Part shown: positions 23,399 through 36,512 of the stretch, piece by piece
How the letters are laid out: each line of letters starts with the position of its first letter
Position numbering within the stretch: the stretch's first letter is position 1
DNA from: Octopus sinensis
Taxonomy: Eukaryota
Direction of reading: 5' to 3'
Assembly (NCBI RefSeq): GCF_006345805.1
Contig: NW_021833935.1
Span: 1 to 52,720 of the forward strand
Length of the DNA stretch: 52,720 bases
Notes under the pieces: model-generated
The model's input: the letters and a program-made list of their open reading frames with translations, nothing else
What the model was told of the DNA's origin: nothing
Database searches by the model: none
Made by a program: the position numbers and the translations under genes

Positions 23399-25221
23399 GT
23401 AAAGACATAAGGAAGGTTCAGTGTGAGAGCGGCTGCGATTTTCTGGTCACCGTTGCGATTGAGACCTCCATTGAAACGTCAATTAGTTAAAGTTATCTCC
23501 CTCATTGATCACTGATAGATATTAGAATAACTTTGCATTCTTGTTTGGCTTTTTATTTTTGCTTTTTATTTTTGGTGGAGGGGGTATTTTTCTTTTCCTT
23601 CCCTATTTCATTCCTTCTCTAAAGGAATGATATAGGGAAAGAGAAACAATAGTTATGCTTTCCTATGAAACAATATTTTAAGTTGGTCTCACGATTCAAC
23701 AATGAAGCTTCTAAACGCTCAACATGCAGGAAACGGAAACGAAATCTCCCTCATTGCACGAACTAACGGCTTGAATAATAAACGACTGGGTCACCTTTTA
23801 TAGTAGGACCTCCTGAATCAGAGCTAATATGACGGCAAAACAACAAGAACCAAGTTTACTTCGAACCTATGACAGAAAGCCCCAGCGCTGTCGGTCGGCA
23901 CGCTAACAGCAATGACCAAATCCCATCCTATTATTTTACATAGGGAAATGACACATTGGATAATGTAAATAATGTACTCCTATATTTTACAAAACGATGA
24001 GATAATAAATATATTACATAAACTACCAGAAAACTGCTCTGAGGTTTTTGTTCAAAGTAGAAAATACAAATATGATATATGTATAGTATTGGCCAGAGTA
24101 GATGACTCACGTTTAAAGTGTCGTCCTGTTGTCTCGGTTTTTGATGCGTTTTTTCTAACAAATTATGTCATTGGATTCTATCGTCATTTTGATTGGTTCA
24201 TTGTAACATGCAGATTAGTGTGAAAAAATTGTATTTATCAATGCCAATGAGAATCAGTGCAATGATCAAAAGCAAAGATGTCCGCATCCCATTTGAAGTG
24301 TGATTATACTGGGTGGTTAAAACCAAATGTGTTGTCCTTATTGAAATATCTTTTCAAGAAATAACTTATATCATATTAGTAATTCTTTTGTTCCGTCAAA
24401 AAAAAGAAAACATCTAAAAGATAAAACCTGGTGAGTCATGCATCCGCTTCGTCTCATAGTCAAGTGCTAGACTCCCGGTTATATGATTGTGGGTTCCGTT
24501 CCCAGTCATGGCGGTTCGATGTGTCCTTAAGCAAGATATTTCATTTCGCGTTTAGTGTACTCGATTGAAACTTAGTATTAGACAATGCTGACATCGACCT
24601 CATAACTTGAAGTTCGGCTAGATCCCGACTACGAAGGTCGAGAATGCGTTTATACCCGTTCGCAATTACATAGACACATGAAACACTTAGCCAAAGCGTG
24701 GTACACGGCGCTAAGTCTTACTCGCACACACACATATGCATATATATATATTTATATATATATACATGCTTACATACACATATATATACACAGACATACA
24801 AACACAGACATATACATGTGTGTATATATATATATATGTGTGTGTATATATGCATATGTCTATACGCGATAGAATAAGTACTAGGCTTACGAAGAATAAG
24901 TCCTGGGGTCGGTTTGTTCGACTACAGATGGTGCTCCAGTATGGCCGCAGTCAAATGACTGACACAAGTAAAAGAATGTGCAGATTTGTATGATTTGCTT
25001 TATGCATGTATTCTCATTATGTATGTGTGTGTGTGTATGTATGTATGTATGTATGTATGTATGTATGTATGTATGTATGTATGTATGTATGTATGGATGG
25101 ATGGATGACATTTTCTACAACGTAAAACAAATATTATTGCCTTTGAGGGTCAGTTGTTATTGCTGCCAAAGAAAAGCACCTGCTTATTGTCCTATAAAAT
25201 TACCATAAATATGCAATTTGC

Positions 25222-25385
25222 TCATTATTTACATTATTCACATTATTTACATTTGACGGATATTTCTCCTCATCTTGCTTGTTGTTAGCACAGCTTTTCG
25301 AAAGATATACCCTCCAGCCTTTATCAAGTGTCTTGGGGAAATTTCGAACCTGGGTTCTCATTCTTAAGGTATTTTTCGATGTTAA

Positions 25386-25440
<55 letters not shown>

Positions 25441-25469
25441 AATATTATTATTATTATTATTATTATAAA

Positions 25470-25518
<49 letters not shown>

Positions 25519-25641
25519 GTTATTATTATTTTTATTATTATTATTATTTTTATTATTATTATTATTATATTATTACTATTACTATTACTATTATTATTAT
25601 TATTATTATTATTACTATTATTATTATTATTATTATTGTTG

Positions 25642-25673
<32 letters not shown>

Positions 25674-25703
25674 GTTATTATTATTATTATTATTATATTA
25701 TTA

Positions 25704-25735
<32 letters not shown>

Positions 25736-25797
25736 TAACTGCCTGGAATCGGACTCGGAATCTTGGTGTAAGTATCCTGCACTCTTAACCACTGCGC
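25222..25797 (-). mobile_element. tRNA-headed SINE with internal (AAT)n and Penelope-like hammerhead tail
   Basis: Minus-strand head GCGCAGTGGTTAAGAG...GAGTCCGATTCC (25797-25731), (AAT)n at 25384-25730, then ...CCCCAAGACACTTGATAAAGGCTGGAGGGTATATC... Confidence 0.8.
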
Positions 25798-25943
25798 CCA
25801 AGACACTTGATGGCGGCTGGAGGGTATATCAGCCGAAACGTTGTGTTAACAACAAATAAGATGACAAATATCCGTCAAATGTGAACAATGTAAATAATGT
25901 AAATAATGTGCATAATTCCTCATCTCTTAAATATAGAACTGTA
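25798..25943 (+). mobile_element. Inverted copy of the SINE tail abutting the tRNA head, with hammerhead-like motif at 25802-25847
   Basis: GACAC-TTGATGG-C-GGCTG(GAGGGTATAT)CAGCC-GAAA-CG-TT/GTGTT; reverse complement of ~25224-25336. Confidence 0.82.
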
Positions 25944-26363
25944 TCCAATTTGCTATTATGAAATAATAGTACATCGTACGTAATACTGGAGTCATAGATA
26001 AATTAAAAGTCACACAACCAAGTATACACTTGCAACTCCACTGTTGTTAAATTCCTTCATTTAAAAGTCAAAATCCTTCAAAAATTACTACAAGGTTTCA
26101 AAAATCATTAAGGTTTCAAAAATCATCAAAGAAAATAAAATTGATTGTTTCATATTTAACTTTATTCATAGTTCGAAAATATTCGGGTTTCATGCTCTAT
26201 CAGACTGTTAATTTTCAAAGGCTTCTTTTTTTTTTTTTATAAATTTCAAGTTTTAAAAATTAACAGTCTGATACATAGAGAAGTTTGATCAAAGTAAAGA
26301 TGAAAATATGAATGAATAAATTATTTTCAATCGTTCTTGGTATCTGAAATTTCGTAGTAACCT

Positions 26364-26583
26364 ATTTCTTTACTACCCACAAGGGGTTAAACACAGAGGG
26401 GACAAACAAGGACAGACAAACGGATTAAGTCGATTATATCGACCCCAGTGCATAACTGGTACTTAATTTATCGACCCCGAAAGGATGAAAGGCAAAGTCG
26501 ACCTCGGCGGAATTTGAACTCAGAACGCAGCGGCGGACGAAATACCACAAAGCAATTCGCCCGGCGTGCTAACGTTTCTGCCA
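26364..26583 (-). mobile_element. SINE family A, slightly 5'-truncated, with TSD
   Basis: TSD GTAGTAACCT at 26354-26363 and 26584-26593. Confidence 0.9.
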
Positions 26584-27699
26584 GTAGTAACCTTTTCAAG
26601 CTATATTTTAAAAGAGGAATTTTGATAATGTCATTCTTCTAATAAATGACGAATAAGGCGGCGATCTGGCAGAATCGTTACCATCCCAGAAACTTGCTTA
26701 GCAGCATTTACTGAGTTCAAATACCCGCGGGGTCGACGTAGCCTTTCATCCTTTTGGTTACCGATAAAAGAAGCACCAGTTGAGCAATGGCGTCAATGTA
26801 CTCCCTAAATTACTGGCGTTTTGCTAAATTTTAAACCAAAATAAATTTTTCTTATTTTTTTTATCATAAATAGACTCAAGGCATTTTGTCCGACGTACTA
26901 TAAGTGTAAAAAATGTAAGTAATTCTTTCTACTATAGACACAAGGCTTGAAATTTTCAGGGTGAGGACTAGACGATAATATCGACTCCGGTACCCAACTG
27001 GATATTATTTCATTGACCTCGAAAAATGAAAAGCAAAGTCGACCTCGTCAGTGTTTGAATTCTGAGCATCCAGACGGACAAAATGCCACTAATTACTAAA
27101 AACACTGCCATTTTGCCGCCTTAATGACAATATAAGACCATGAAGGCGGGCGGAATGCCGCTGAGCATTTTACCCGACGTTCTAATAATTCTGTCAGCTC
27201 AAATATTAACAATAGTCACGTTTATTTGTGGATAAAACAATTCGTTACGTTGAAACCCTACAGGAATTGTTGGGCAGATAATACTGGTTTCAAATTTTAG
27301 CACAAAGCCAGCAATTTCAGGGAATGGTCTGAGCGTTGGCACAACCCCACAAACCTGTACCGGGTGTTCGGGCTAAATTTGATAGTTTGCTCAAAAGAAA
27401 AGAAAATACAATATCCCATCCAAAATTAAAAGTAATTAAAAAAATGGAAAAACATCAACAAGATTATGGCTGGGGGGTAACAAGCTTATTCAAAGTCGCC
27501 ACCATTAATTAGAACTATAGCTACAAGAAGGCTCCGGACATTGGCACATGTGCTTCTCACTGTGTCCCAGATGAGACGTAAAAATCGTCAAATTTAACCC
27601 GAACATCCTGTACTTGATTAAAAACATCAAAGCCAGACTGGAACTTAGTGCGCTTGCTTGGTGTTGCAAGATTGTTCTGGCAACATGGTGTGTGCTGTG

Positions 27700-28790
27700 A
27701 CCTTCGTTGGTGCTGTTGACGGTGAAGTTAATGGTGGTGTTGTTGATACTATCAATTGCTTCATATAGCGTTCAGCTGTTAGTTTTTTTTTTGGGGGGGG
27801 GGTTGTAGTGGAGTGTTTGTGTTGGATGAAAATGTTTACCAGTTTTTCTGTTTTTATAGATATCTTTTTCTTTCTTTTTTGTTTTGCTATTTCCTTGTTT
27901 AGTTGTCTAATGCTGAGTTTTATATCGGTCGGGATGTGTGGCTTTTTGGTGTATCGTGTATTTGAGGTTATCTCTGCTTTTTACGAGGTTAGTGTGTAAT
28001 TGGGGATGTGTTTTTTGATGCGTTTATAATTATTTTGCTGCGTGTATATACTGCAGAGTACTTGCTGTATTGATACTGCATTCTGAACAAAAGCAAAAGC
28101 AAAAACAAACAAAAAATCTCCTTGATTCTGTTTCTTGGTGGAACTCATTCCGCTGCGCTTTTTTGAAGTTCATAAAAGTGTTTTTGGTTGCTTCATTGAT
28201 GTAGGAGTGTGTTGTGATGATAATTGGTAGGTGGTCCGAGGAAATATGGGGAACTGTTTGCCATGTGGTTGTGGTAGTAAGCTAGGGGTGAGGTGCAGAA
28301 GGAGATGTCAGGGGGGTAGGGTTGTTACAGTCGGCTTGGTGAGGTATGTGTGTTGGAGGATGTTCCTGTGGTGTAGGTGTGTGCGTGCGTGTGTGCGTGC
28401 ATGTGTGCGTGCGTGAGTGTGAGTGTGTGTATGTGTGTGTTGGTGTGTGTTGGTGTAGATTGTTTGAGAAGCAAAGGCAGCCGAGTTCAGAAGATATTAC
28501 ATCACTTCTCTTGTTGTCTAGGAAGCCAGGAGTTGTTGTGTGTGCATTGAAAGGTCCCCTGATGATGGTGTTTGTGCGTATGTTAAAGTGCTGTAGCCGA
28601 GGCGTGTAATCTGAAGGGACGGTTGGCGAGGACGGTGGGACGGGGGTCGACATGTATATGTTTAATATATTAATATGGTTTGCGTTGCTAATTTTTATTT
28701 TGAAAGCTTGCATTTCTAGTGCAGTGCCGTTTCCGATTAGTTTACCAATATCATTTGTGACATCTATACATTAAATGTACTATGTTTTCT
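27700..28790 (-). pseudogene. I/Jockey/Nimb-like LINE AP-endonuclease and linker remnant
   Basis: INILNIY...TIIRGPFNAH (GDFNAH-like, ~28540-28557), WQTVPHISSDHLPIIIT (SDH at 28231-28239), FMNFKK linker; split by a (GT)n tract. Confidence 0.75.
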
Positions 28791-29379
28791 TTTTTAACGT
28801 ATGTCATATGACCAACCCTGTCATAGATGGGGTCTCTTTAGTTTATTTGGATATCATGCAGAGTGGTGAGTTTTCTAGTTTACGCTAGAGAGAATGTTTC
28901 CTGAATTATTTCTATATCGATGTCGTGGGTACAGAAAATCTTATTAGTTCCATGAAGTCTTTTTCGCATGTTTACAAAATTTTATTTTGAGTACATGTTA
29001 AATCTTTCAATGCATTCTGTGTTGAGTTTGGTATTTTAAAGGGAGATAAAAGTACTTCCGGTTTCTTCGGGTTATTATAATTGTTAGTGTTATTATTGTT
29101 ATCAATATCATACTGCTCTTTCGAATTCTGCTGAGGTCCATTTTGCCTTACATCATTTCGAGGTTGATAAAATATGTACTAGTTGAGCACTGATGTCGAG
29201 ATAATCGACCTTCCCCCCACACCCATACACACGAAATTTCTGGCCTTGTGCCAAAATTTGAAATCTATATCATATTGCTTTATTTAGCATTACCCCCAAA
29301 ACAAATCAAAGAAGAAAAAGATCCCATACCAAACAATATCTGGACAAATTGGTGCTGCTCTCCTGATACAGGATATATA

Positions 29380-30377
29380 CAGGGTGCGTAAGGTATTTGA
29401 GGACACACCTTTTTGGGGTCATTGCTGCATTTTTTGCTAATTCTCTATAATCTTTGTTTCAGAAAATAATAGTGGCAGACACCTCAGCTTACTCAAGAAA
29501 TGAAGAGGCATGCTGTTATTGTGGTTATAAAGGCTGAGCATAGCGACTTAGAAATATCAAGATTTTAAAAGTTGCTAGATATTTCGCCTAGAGAGTTTGT
29601 AAAGAGCTAGAGACTGAAGATGGAACACCTGAATCTATCCAGCAACTTCAATAGACTATTGATTACAATCCCTGAAAGTCCATGAGGTCAACTGCAAAAG
29701 ATATCCATGTGTCAGAAGAAACAGTCAGAAATGTTGTCCACGAAGACATCAGATATAAGTCTTATATAATGAGGAAAGGTCAATTTGTCAGAAAAAGCAA
29801 AACAAAATCACTACATCAGATCTAAAAGGCTCTTAAACAAACTGAAAAATCCAGTAGAAGAAGACCTGATTTGTTTTTTTACTCAAACGAGAAAAACTTC
29901 TTCCAAGATCAAAACGTTAACATAAGAAATGACAGATGGTTATGTGCAGACTCTTCCATAACCATCCAAATGTTATGTTCCATGTGTTATGCATACAAAA
30001 TTTCCTGCAACTGTCATGCTTTTAGGGGTTGTCAGCATTGAAGGACATTTGATGCCTCCTTACTTCTTTCCACAAGGCCTCAGAGTTAACTCTGCCGCCT
30101 ACATTGAGGCCCTGGAAATAATTGTTAAGCTCTGGATAGACAGTGAATGCAATGGAAGGCCATATGTGTTTCAGTAAGATTCCGCACTATCACACATGGC
30201 TCTAGTAACACAGGAATGGATGGCTGAAAATTTTCATGAACACATAACCCCTAACATTTGGCTTCTTAATTCTGTAGATCTCAATCCATTTGAATATTAC
30301 ATGTGAAGCGTTGTTGAGAGAGAGGTCAATGAACACGCTCATAACACAAAAGAATATCAAATATGTTGCGCACCCTG
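29380..30377 (+). mobile_element. DD37D (maT/mori)-like transposon, defective and 3'-deleted
   Basis: TIR CAGGGTGCG(T/C)AA..TATTT with TA flanks; MKRHAVIV HTH from 29500; HTKFPATVMLLGVVS; D at 30178, then 37 aa, then NPF-E-YY (family consensus NPLDY). Confidence 0.88.
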
Positions 30378-30429
30378 TACATATATAGTTCACATTTACA
30401 GAAAACAACACGAACAGAGAAGACATGTG

Positions 30430-30580
30430 AAGGAACGACAAGCAGGTGTATTAGGTTAACGTTCGGGAAGAATGGAAAAGTCTTTGACGTTTCGAACCTG
30501 CTCCTTTCGACAAAACGGATTTAGAGGTAAAGATAAAACGGGGATTAAGGATTAACGGTTCAACATATGAATTGGCCATA
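30430..30580 (-). mobile_element. Penelope-pLTR-like repeat with hammerhead-like motif (30481-30515)
   Basis: Minus strand TTGTCGA-AAG-GAGC(AG)GTTC-GAAA-CGTC-AAAGAC. Confidence 0.55.
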
Positions 30581-31082
30581 CACACACACAGACAGACAGA
30601 CACACACACACACATACTTTTGTCTCATCTTACTCCTCCTGTCCATTCGTTGCCGCTTCATATGTAAAGCGCTACAAATTCTAGACTGTCACTGTAATAT
30701 CTCCTTCATCAGATGCAGTGACAATTAAATCCTCAACATCCTCCTGCTGCTGTTGCTCCTCCTCCTCCTCCTCATCATCATCATCATCATCATTAATATT
30801 ATTAAGGCAACAAACTGGAAGAGCTGTTAGCACATCGAGCAAAGTGATTAAAGACATTTCGTTCTGCATTAAAATTCTACTGATGTCGACTTTACTTTTC
30901 TTCTTTTCGGGGTCGATGAAATAAGAACCATTTGTGCATTGGGCTCGAGAAAATGAACTAACGTCCCCCACCCCCACCTCACGTCTCCCACAAATATCAG
31001 TACTTGTGTCAATCGTAGAAAGCATTATTATTACTAGCATCCATACCCGGCCTTTTCCGAGCTTACAACTTTCTAAAATACA

Positions 31083-31318
31083 CAAGGTGGCCCAAAAGTA
31101 GGTTTACGTTCATTCAGCTATCTCTTTCGCATTCATGTATAAACAGTTTAGATTTTAATTATAGAAAAAATATGAACCCATCATTCTATGCTAATTTAGA
31201 TAATTTTGTCAAGCTCCCTTTTCAGTTTGTAAGATAGAAATTTAAATGTAATAAAATGTTTTAAAAGAAATTTAAAGTGCCTACGTGATAACCGTAAACC
31301 TTCTTTTGGGCCACCTTG
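31083..31318. mobile_element. Tc1/mariner-type MITE, copy 1
   Basis: TIR CAAGGTGGCCCAAAAGTAGGTTTACG / CGTAAACCTTCTTTTGGGCCACCTTG followed by TA. Confidence 0.9.
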
Positions 31319-31360
31319 TATATCTGTATGTATATATGTATGTATGTATGTATATTTTTA

Positions 31361-31411
<51 letters not shown>

Positions 31412-31495
31412 ATTAAGGAATGCCCTTGATAGGCCATTCGACCCACTAGAAAGAGCAGAAACACACACACACACATATACACGCATATGTATATA

Positions 31496-31538
<43 letters not shown>

Positions 31539-31561
31539 TGTATATGTGTGTGTATGTATGT

Positions 31562-31593
<32 letters not shown>

Positions 31594-31594
31594 A

Positions 31595-31821
31595 CAAGGT
31601 GGCACAGAAGTAGGTTTACTATCTCTTTCTCATTCATATATTAACATTTTAGATTTTAATTATAGAAAATATATGAACCCATTATTCTATGTTAATTTAC
31701 ATAATTTTGTCAAGCTCCCTTTTCAGTTTGTAAGATAGAAATTTAAATGTAATAAAATGCTTTAAAAGGAATTTAAAGTGCCTACGTGATAACCGTAAAC
31801 CTACTTTTGCGCCGCACCTTG
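31595..31821. mobile_element. Tc1/mariner-type MITE, copy 2 (same family and orientation)
   Basis: TA-CAAGGTGGCACAGAAGTAGGTTTAC ... GTAAACCTACTTTTGCGCCGCACCTTG-TA; body nearly identical to copy 1. Confidence 0.9.
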
Positions 31822-32743
31822 TATATTCCCTGTATTGGACAAAGTTCTTTAAAAAATATGCTGGCAATTTTCGTTTCGTCCGTGTTTTGTCGACTCACCA
31901 TTATAGGATCTAAGCTCTCTAGAAGAGCGTCCAAGTTGAACTTAAAACTGCGCAACAAAATAAACAACTATACGGGCTAAAATATAATAAACTCATTTTT
32001 TAGGCTCTATATTTGTTTATTTATCCGTTCTTTATTTTATTGGAAATTACGCTCTTTTTTCAAAACACTATTAATTTACGTAATTACGCCCAATTAATTA
32101 TTTTCTTAATCAGTATCTTTTTCAGTGTGTCTTGAAGTACTTAGCAGTATACATAATTCTCAACTTTTATGTCTGCAACTAAAAAAACACGACTTTCAAA
32201 ATACGTTCACGTAGATCATGAGTTTTTCTTCGAAAACATGTGACCCTATGCTAAATGTCAGCTTCCTAGGTGCAACACAGTGGCCTACAATTAGTACATG
32301 ACAGGTACACTGTATCGACATTGGAGAATAACTCGTTTAAATAGCGATTCCTGAATATAAGACCACACATTCAGACGAAGTAACAGCCGATATGACCAAC
32401 CCTTGATTATTGACCCAGATTTTATATACTTAATGAATCGCTCCCAGAAGAATAAAACAAGGTTAATTTCAGCGGGATTCGAATTCAAGACCGTAAGGGA
32501 CGTAATTAAATACCACAAGGCCTTTTTGTCTGACGCACTACCGATTCTGCTAATATTTCGTGAAATATAGAACTCCTAAGTGAAGCCATACATATTTTTT
32601 CTTTTGGCGGGGTGGCGTGAGTACTAAACTTATGAACATCTTCAAAGACAGGATACAAACTGACTGGAGTTGGTTAACCAATGAGAGTACTGTTGTTGCT
32701 CTTCTTCTCCTCCTTCCTCTTCTTCTTCTTCTTCTTCTTCTTC

Positions 32744-32778
<35 letters not shown>

Positions 32779-32934
32779 TTATTATTATTATTATTATTAT
32801 TCCCTGTTTTGCTGCCGCGGCTGTTTTTATTTAGTACCAAGTCAACCTTAGTAAGCACTAAAACCATTGCATCGTATTTACATATATATATATACATCTA
32901 CACACATGTATATGTATGTATGTATGTATGCATG

Positions 32935-32994
<60 letters not shown>

Positions 32995-33615
32995 GTGTTT
33001 CTAGATCTACATTATCTAAGAGGTACTCTCTTTGCTTTTTTTTTCAAACTCTAGCATGTAGCTATTGCTTTCTGAAAGTCGAGAGATAGCACAGAGGTTC
33101 AATAGTTCGCTGGCTGTAAGTGAAATTATAGACCAAGGCACAAGCGAGCGGCCATTTTCAAGAACTATATTGATAATTAAATGGTGGGCAATAGAGTTTA
33201 AGAGCCCTTTTGTTTACGATCTTAAGGGTGCAGATGGATCCCACGATTGTCACAGGAATAAGAGGAAACTTCTAGAAATATCGCTACTACTACTACAACC
33301 CAAATTTTACTGTCAGTAGCATGAATTAGATAAACACTTAGCTTAACTAATGTTGTTTACTTTACATGCATTGGTTTTCATTTCACTATTAAGCTCAAAC
33401 CTCGCCCCGGACGTCAACCATTTTTTTTATTGGCATATATAACATAAATACGCACAAAAGCTAACACACACACATAAGAACATGCCAACACACACATGAA
33501 TTGAAAGTGAGTGCGAGAACAAGGGAGACTGGGTATGTTAGGTAATAAAACTAAGATGACCTTCTGATAAATTACTCAATACATCTTAAAATCTTGAGTT
33601 GATGTAATATGAATA

Positions 33616-33827
33616 CCGTATTTTCCGGCATACAAGTCGACGTACTGTATCGTGTAAACATGTAGTGTAAGCATTCAAACATCGTCACCATTTTTCCAAA
33701 TCCTGCTGCATTTCACATGGAAATTTTGGTTCTTCAAAGTTGTCTTGGTGCATACTTCGACCAACCTTATTTCGGCAGTAAATTTTGGTCTGAAAAATTT
33801 AATTTGTAGACCGGAAAAAAAATACGG
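33616..33827. mobile_element. pogo/mariner-like MITE
   Basis: TA-CCGTATTTTCCGG ... CCGGAAAAAAAATACGG terminal inverted repeats. Confidence 0.72.
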
Positions 33828-33983
33828 CGTTATTTTACAGGTAAAAGCCTTCGTTTCGCTTCATATAACATGACCAAATCAGGTGCAAATATAACGAAGT
33901 AAATAACTGTATGGTACAGAGCTTTAATATTGAAATAAATAAACAACCTAAGAACAATATAGATACACGTATATATATATATC

Positions 33984-35005
33984 CGCTCAGTCGAAGTCGA
34001 CTCTCGGTCACTCGTTGGATCAGTGTCCTCCAGTCAGTTCTATCCTGGGCCGCTTCTTTCAGATTGGCTATGTCCATTCCGGTATCACTCTTGATGGTGT
34101 CAAGCCAGGGGGTTGTTGGTCGGCCTCTTCCTCTCTTGCCACTGACCATTCCGAGCATGATGTCCTTCTCCAGGGATTTTCTCCGCATAATATGACCGAA
34201 ATATGCCAATCTATGCTTGGAGATTCTAGCTTCTAGCGGCATTTTCGGCCTTATCTGCTTAAGAACTTCTCCATTGGTGAGCCTCGCTGTCCATGGAATC
34301 CGTAAAAGTCTTTTCCAACATCAAAGCTCGAATACATTAATTCTCTTCTGGTCAGCTTTCTTTAGTATCCAGGTCTCGCATCCATATGTTGCTATTGGGA
34401 AGACAATTGCATTCACCAATCTGCATTTGGTAGCGAGTCTGATGTCTCTACTCTTCCAGACCCTGCTCATGCTGACCATTGCCTCTCTGCCTAGTACTAT
34501 CCACCGTCTTATTTCTGGAGTGCAGTCATCATCTTGATTTATTTTGGAGCCAAGGAAGATTAAATCATCAACCACTTCAATCTCTTCATTATCGATCTTG
34601 ATGCTGATGTTTGTTGTGGCTGCTGTTGACATGATCTTCGTTTTATTAACATTGAGGTACAGCCCAAATTTCTCACTCTCCCTCTTGACCAGCAGGACAA
34701 GATCCTCCAGATCCTTACCACTCTCCGCCAGCAGGGTTGTATCATTTGCATAGCGAAGATTATTAATATTTCTTCCTCCAATCCTCACTCCAATGCTGCT
34801 ATCCTCCAGGCCTGCATTCCTCATGACCTTTTCAGCGTACATGTTGAAGGCTGCTGGTGACAGGATGCAACCTTGCCGAGTGCCCTTTCCAATCTCAAAC
34901 CAATCAGTGTCGACATATGGTGTCCGTACTGTAGCCTTTGGTTTTGATAGAGTGATCTAATAAGCTGGACAGGTGTAAAGGTGTTCCCATTTCCTCCAGA
35001 CATTT

Positions 35006-35007
<2 letters not shown>
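33984..35007 (-). mobile_element. 5'-truncated RTE (BovB-like) LINE
   Basis: GRNINNLRYANDTTL (YADD mutated, 34741-34752), FPIATYGCETW, RLAYFGHIMRRKSLEKDIMLGMVSGKRGRGRP..W, 3' end CGACTGAGCG; (TA)n on both sides. Confidence 0.93.
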
Positions 35008-35068
<61 letters not shown>

Positions 35069-35439
35069 TAGTTGAATGAATTATCTTATTAAGGATAATT
35101 CGAAAGATAACCGATACCTGGGTAGCAAATTCACATCAGAAAGAACACGGTTGAAGTTACGTCCCTAGGGCATAGACTACGTTCAACTCCATTCTTTCAT
35201 AAACTTATATATATATATTCGTCTAAGAATACAATAGATTTTTTTGTATACCTACTGTCTCTGAGAAGTACGTGATATTAGTTAACCCACCTGCTATCTG
35301 ATATCCAAATACCTAATACCCAGTGTGAAACAGGTTGGTAATATTGCATTATGTATATATATATATACATATAATAACTATACAATAATATATCATAATG
35401 ATAATATATATATACTGCGATTTAAAGCGACATTTATCT

Positions 35440-35555
35440 AAACAATTGGCCGAAAAATGATGAGCTAACTCCGGCTAGAATCGAACTCACATATCAACGC
35501 TACCATGGCTCCTTGCACATCCGATTGAGCCAGAACACTCACCCATAAATTTCAG
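35440..35555 (-). mobile_element. tRNA-like SINE head (another family)
   Basis: TGGCTCAATCGG A-box and GAGTTCGATTCT B-box on the minus strand; no intact cloverleaf. Confidence 0.55.
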
Positions 35556-35576
35556 TCAAATTTAATTTTTGGATTT

Positions 35577-36389
35577 TTAACTGTCTAGTACTACATGTTG
35601 TTCAATTGAGCTGCAGCGTGCCATGCGCAAAACCTCTGTATCTGGTACGAAATTTTCCCACTTGACTCCTAAGATACGTCGGAGGCACTTTTCATAAAAT
35701 CTCTCCAGACTTGTAAGTGGTCCATGTCTCACTTGAATAAGAAGTGCAGACAAAACACACAATTTATAGACACTGATTTTTTCTGAAGGGAAATACCTCT
35801 ATCCGCCCATACTCGCTTTTCGAACTTTCCAAATGCAACACTTCCCTTCCCTATTCGATAGTATATCTCAGCATCAAAACTACCATCTCTTGACATTGTG
35901 CTTCCTAGGTACACAAAGGTGTCAACGACTTCTAACTTTATTCATTCAAAACAATGTTTGGTTCAGAATATGTTTGTCCTGGCACGGGAGTAAACATTGC
36001 TTTGGCTTTCCCCAAACTCACTGCGCGTCCGAAATGTACTCATACAGTGGAAAATTTGCCCATTAAATGTTGCATGCCCCCCTCTGAATGTGCAAACAAA
36101 TCAGCATCATCAGCATGAAATAATTCTCTAACAAGTATTTTGAAAGTCTTTGCATTGCAGTTAAACCGGGTCAAATTAAAAATACGACCAGGTGTCCAAA
36201 ATCTGATTCCGATTCCCCTGCTGCAATCCTTGAAAGCATACCAAAGTAATGCAGCAAAACAAACAGAGAAAAGTGTAGGGGCAGGATTATCTCCCTGTTT
36301 GACACCGTTGTCACCGAAAGTTCATGAGATAGCTCACCATTGAAGAGTACCTGAATTTTCACATTTCTGTGTAGTTCCTTAAACAAGGG

Positions 36390-36390
<1 letters not shown>
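35577..36390 (-). pseudogene. RTE-clade LINE reverse transcriptase remnant (second subfamily)
   Basis: [19 protein letters not shown] (36106-36117), YLGSTMSRDG...RIGKGSVAFG, LERFYEKCLRRILGVKW. Confidence 0.88.
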
Positions 36391-36435
<45 letters not shown>

Positions 36436-36478
36436 GATGTTAATATATATACACATATACACGTATACATATGCATAT

Positions 36479-36512
<34 letters not shown>

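Noticed and set aside
26195-26280. ~21-bp-stem hairpin as terminator or miRNA
   Set aside because: Short AT-rich stem around a poly-T tract with no further support; intrinsic terminators are not expected in this eukaryotic context.
28060-28220. Penelope GIY-YIG endonuclease
   Set aside because: Better explained as the linker following the SDH motif of an AP-endonuclease LINE.
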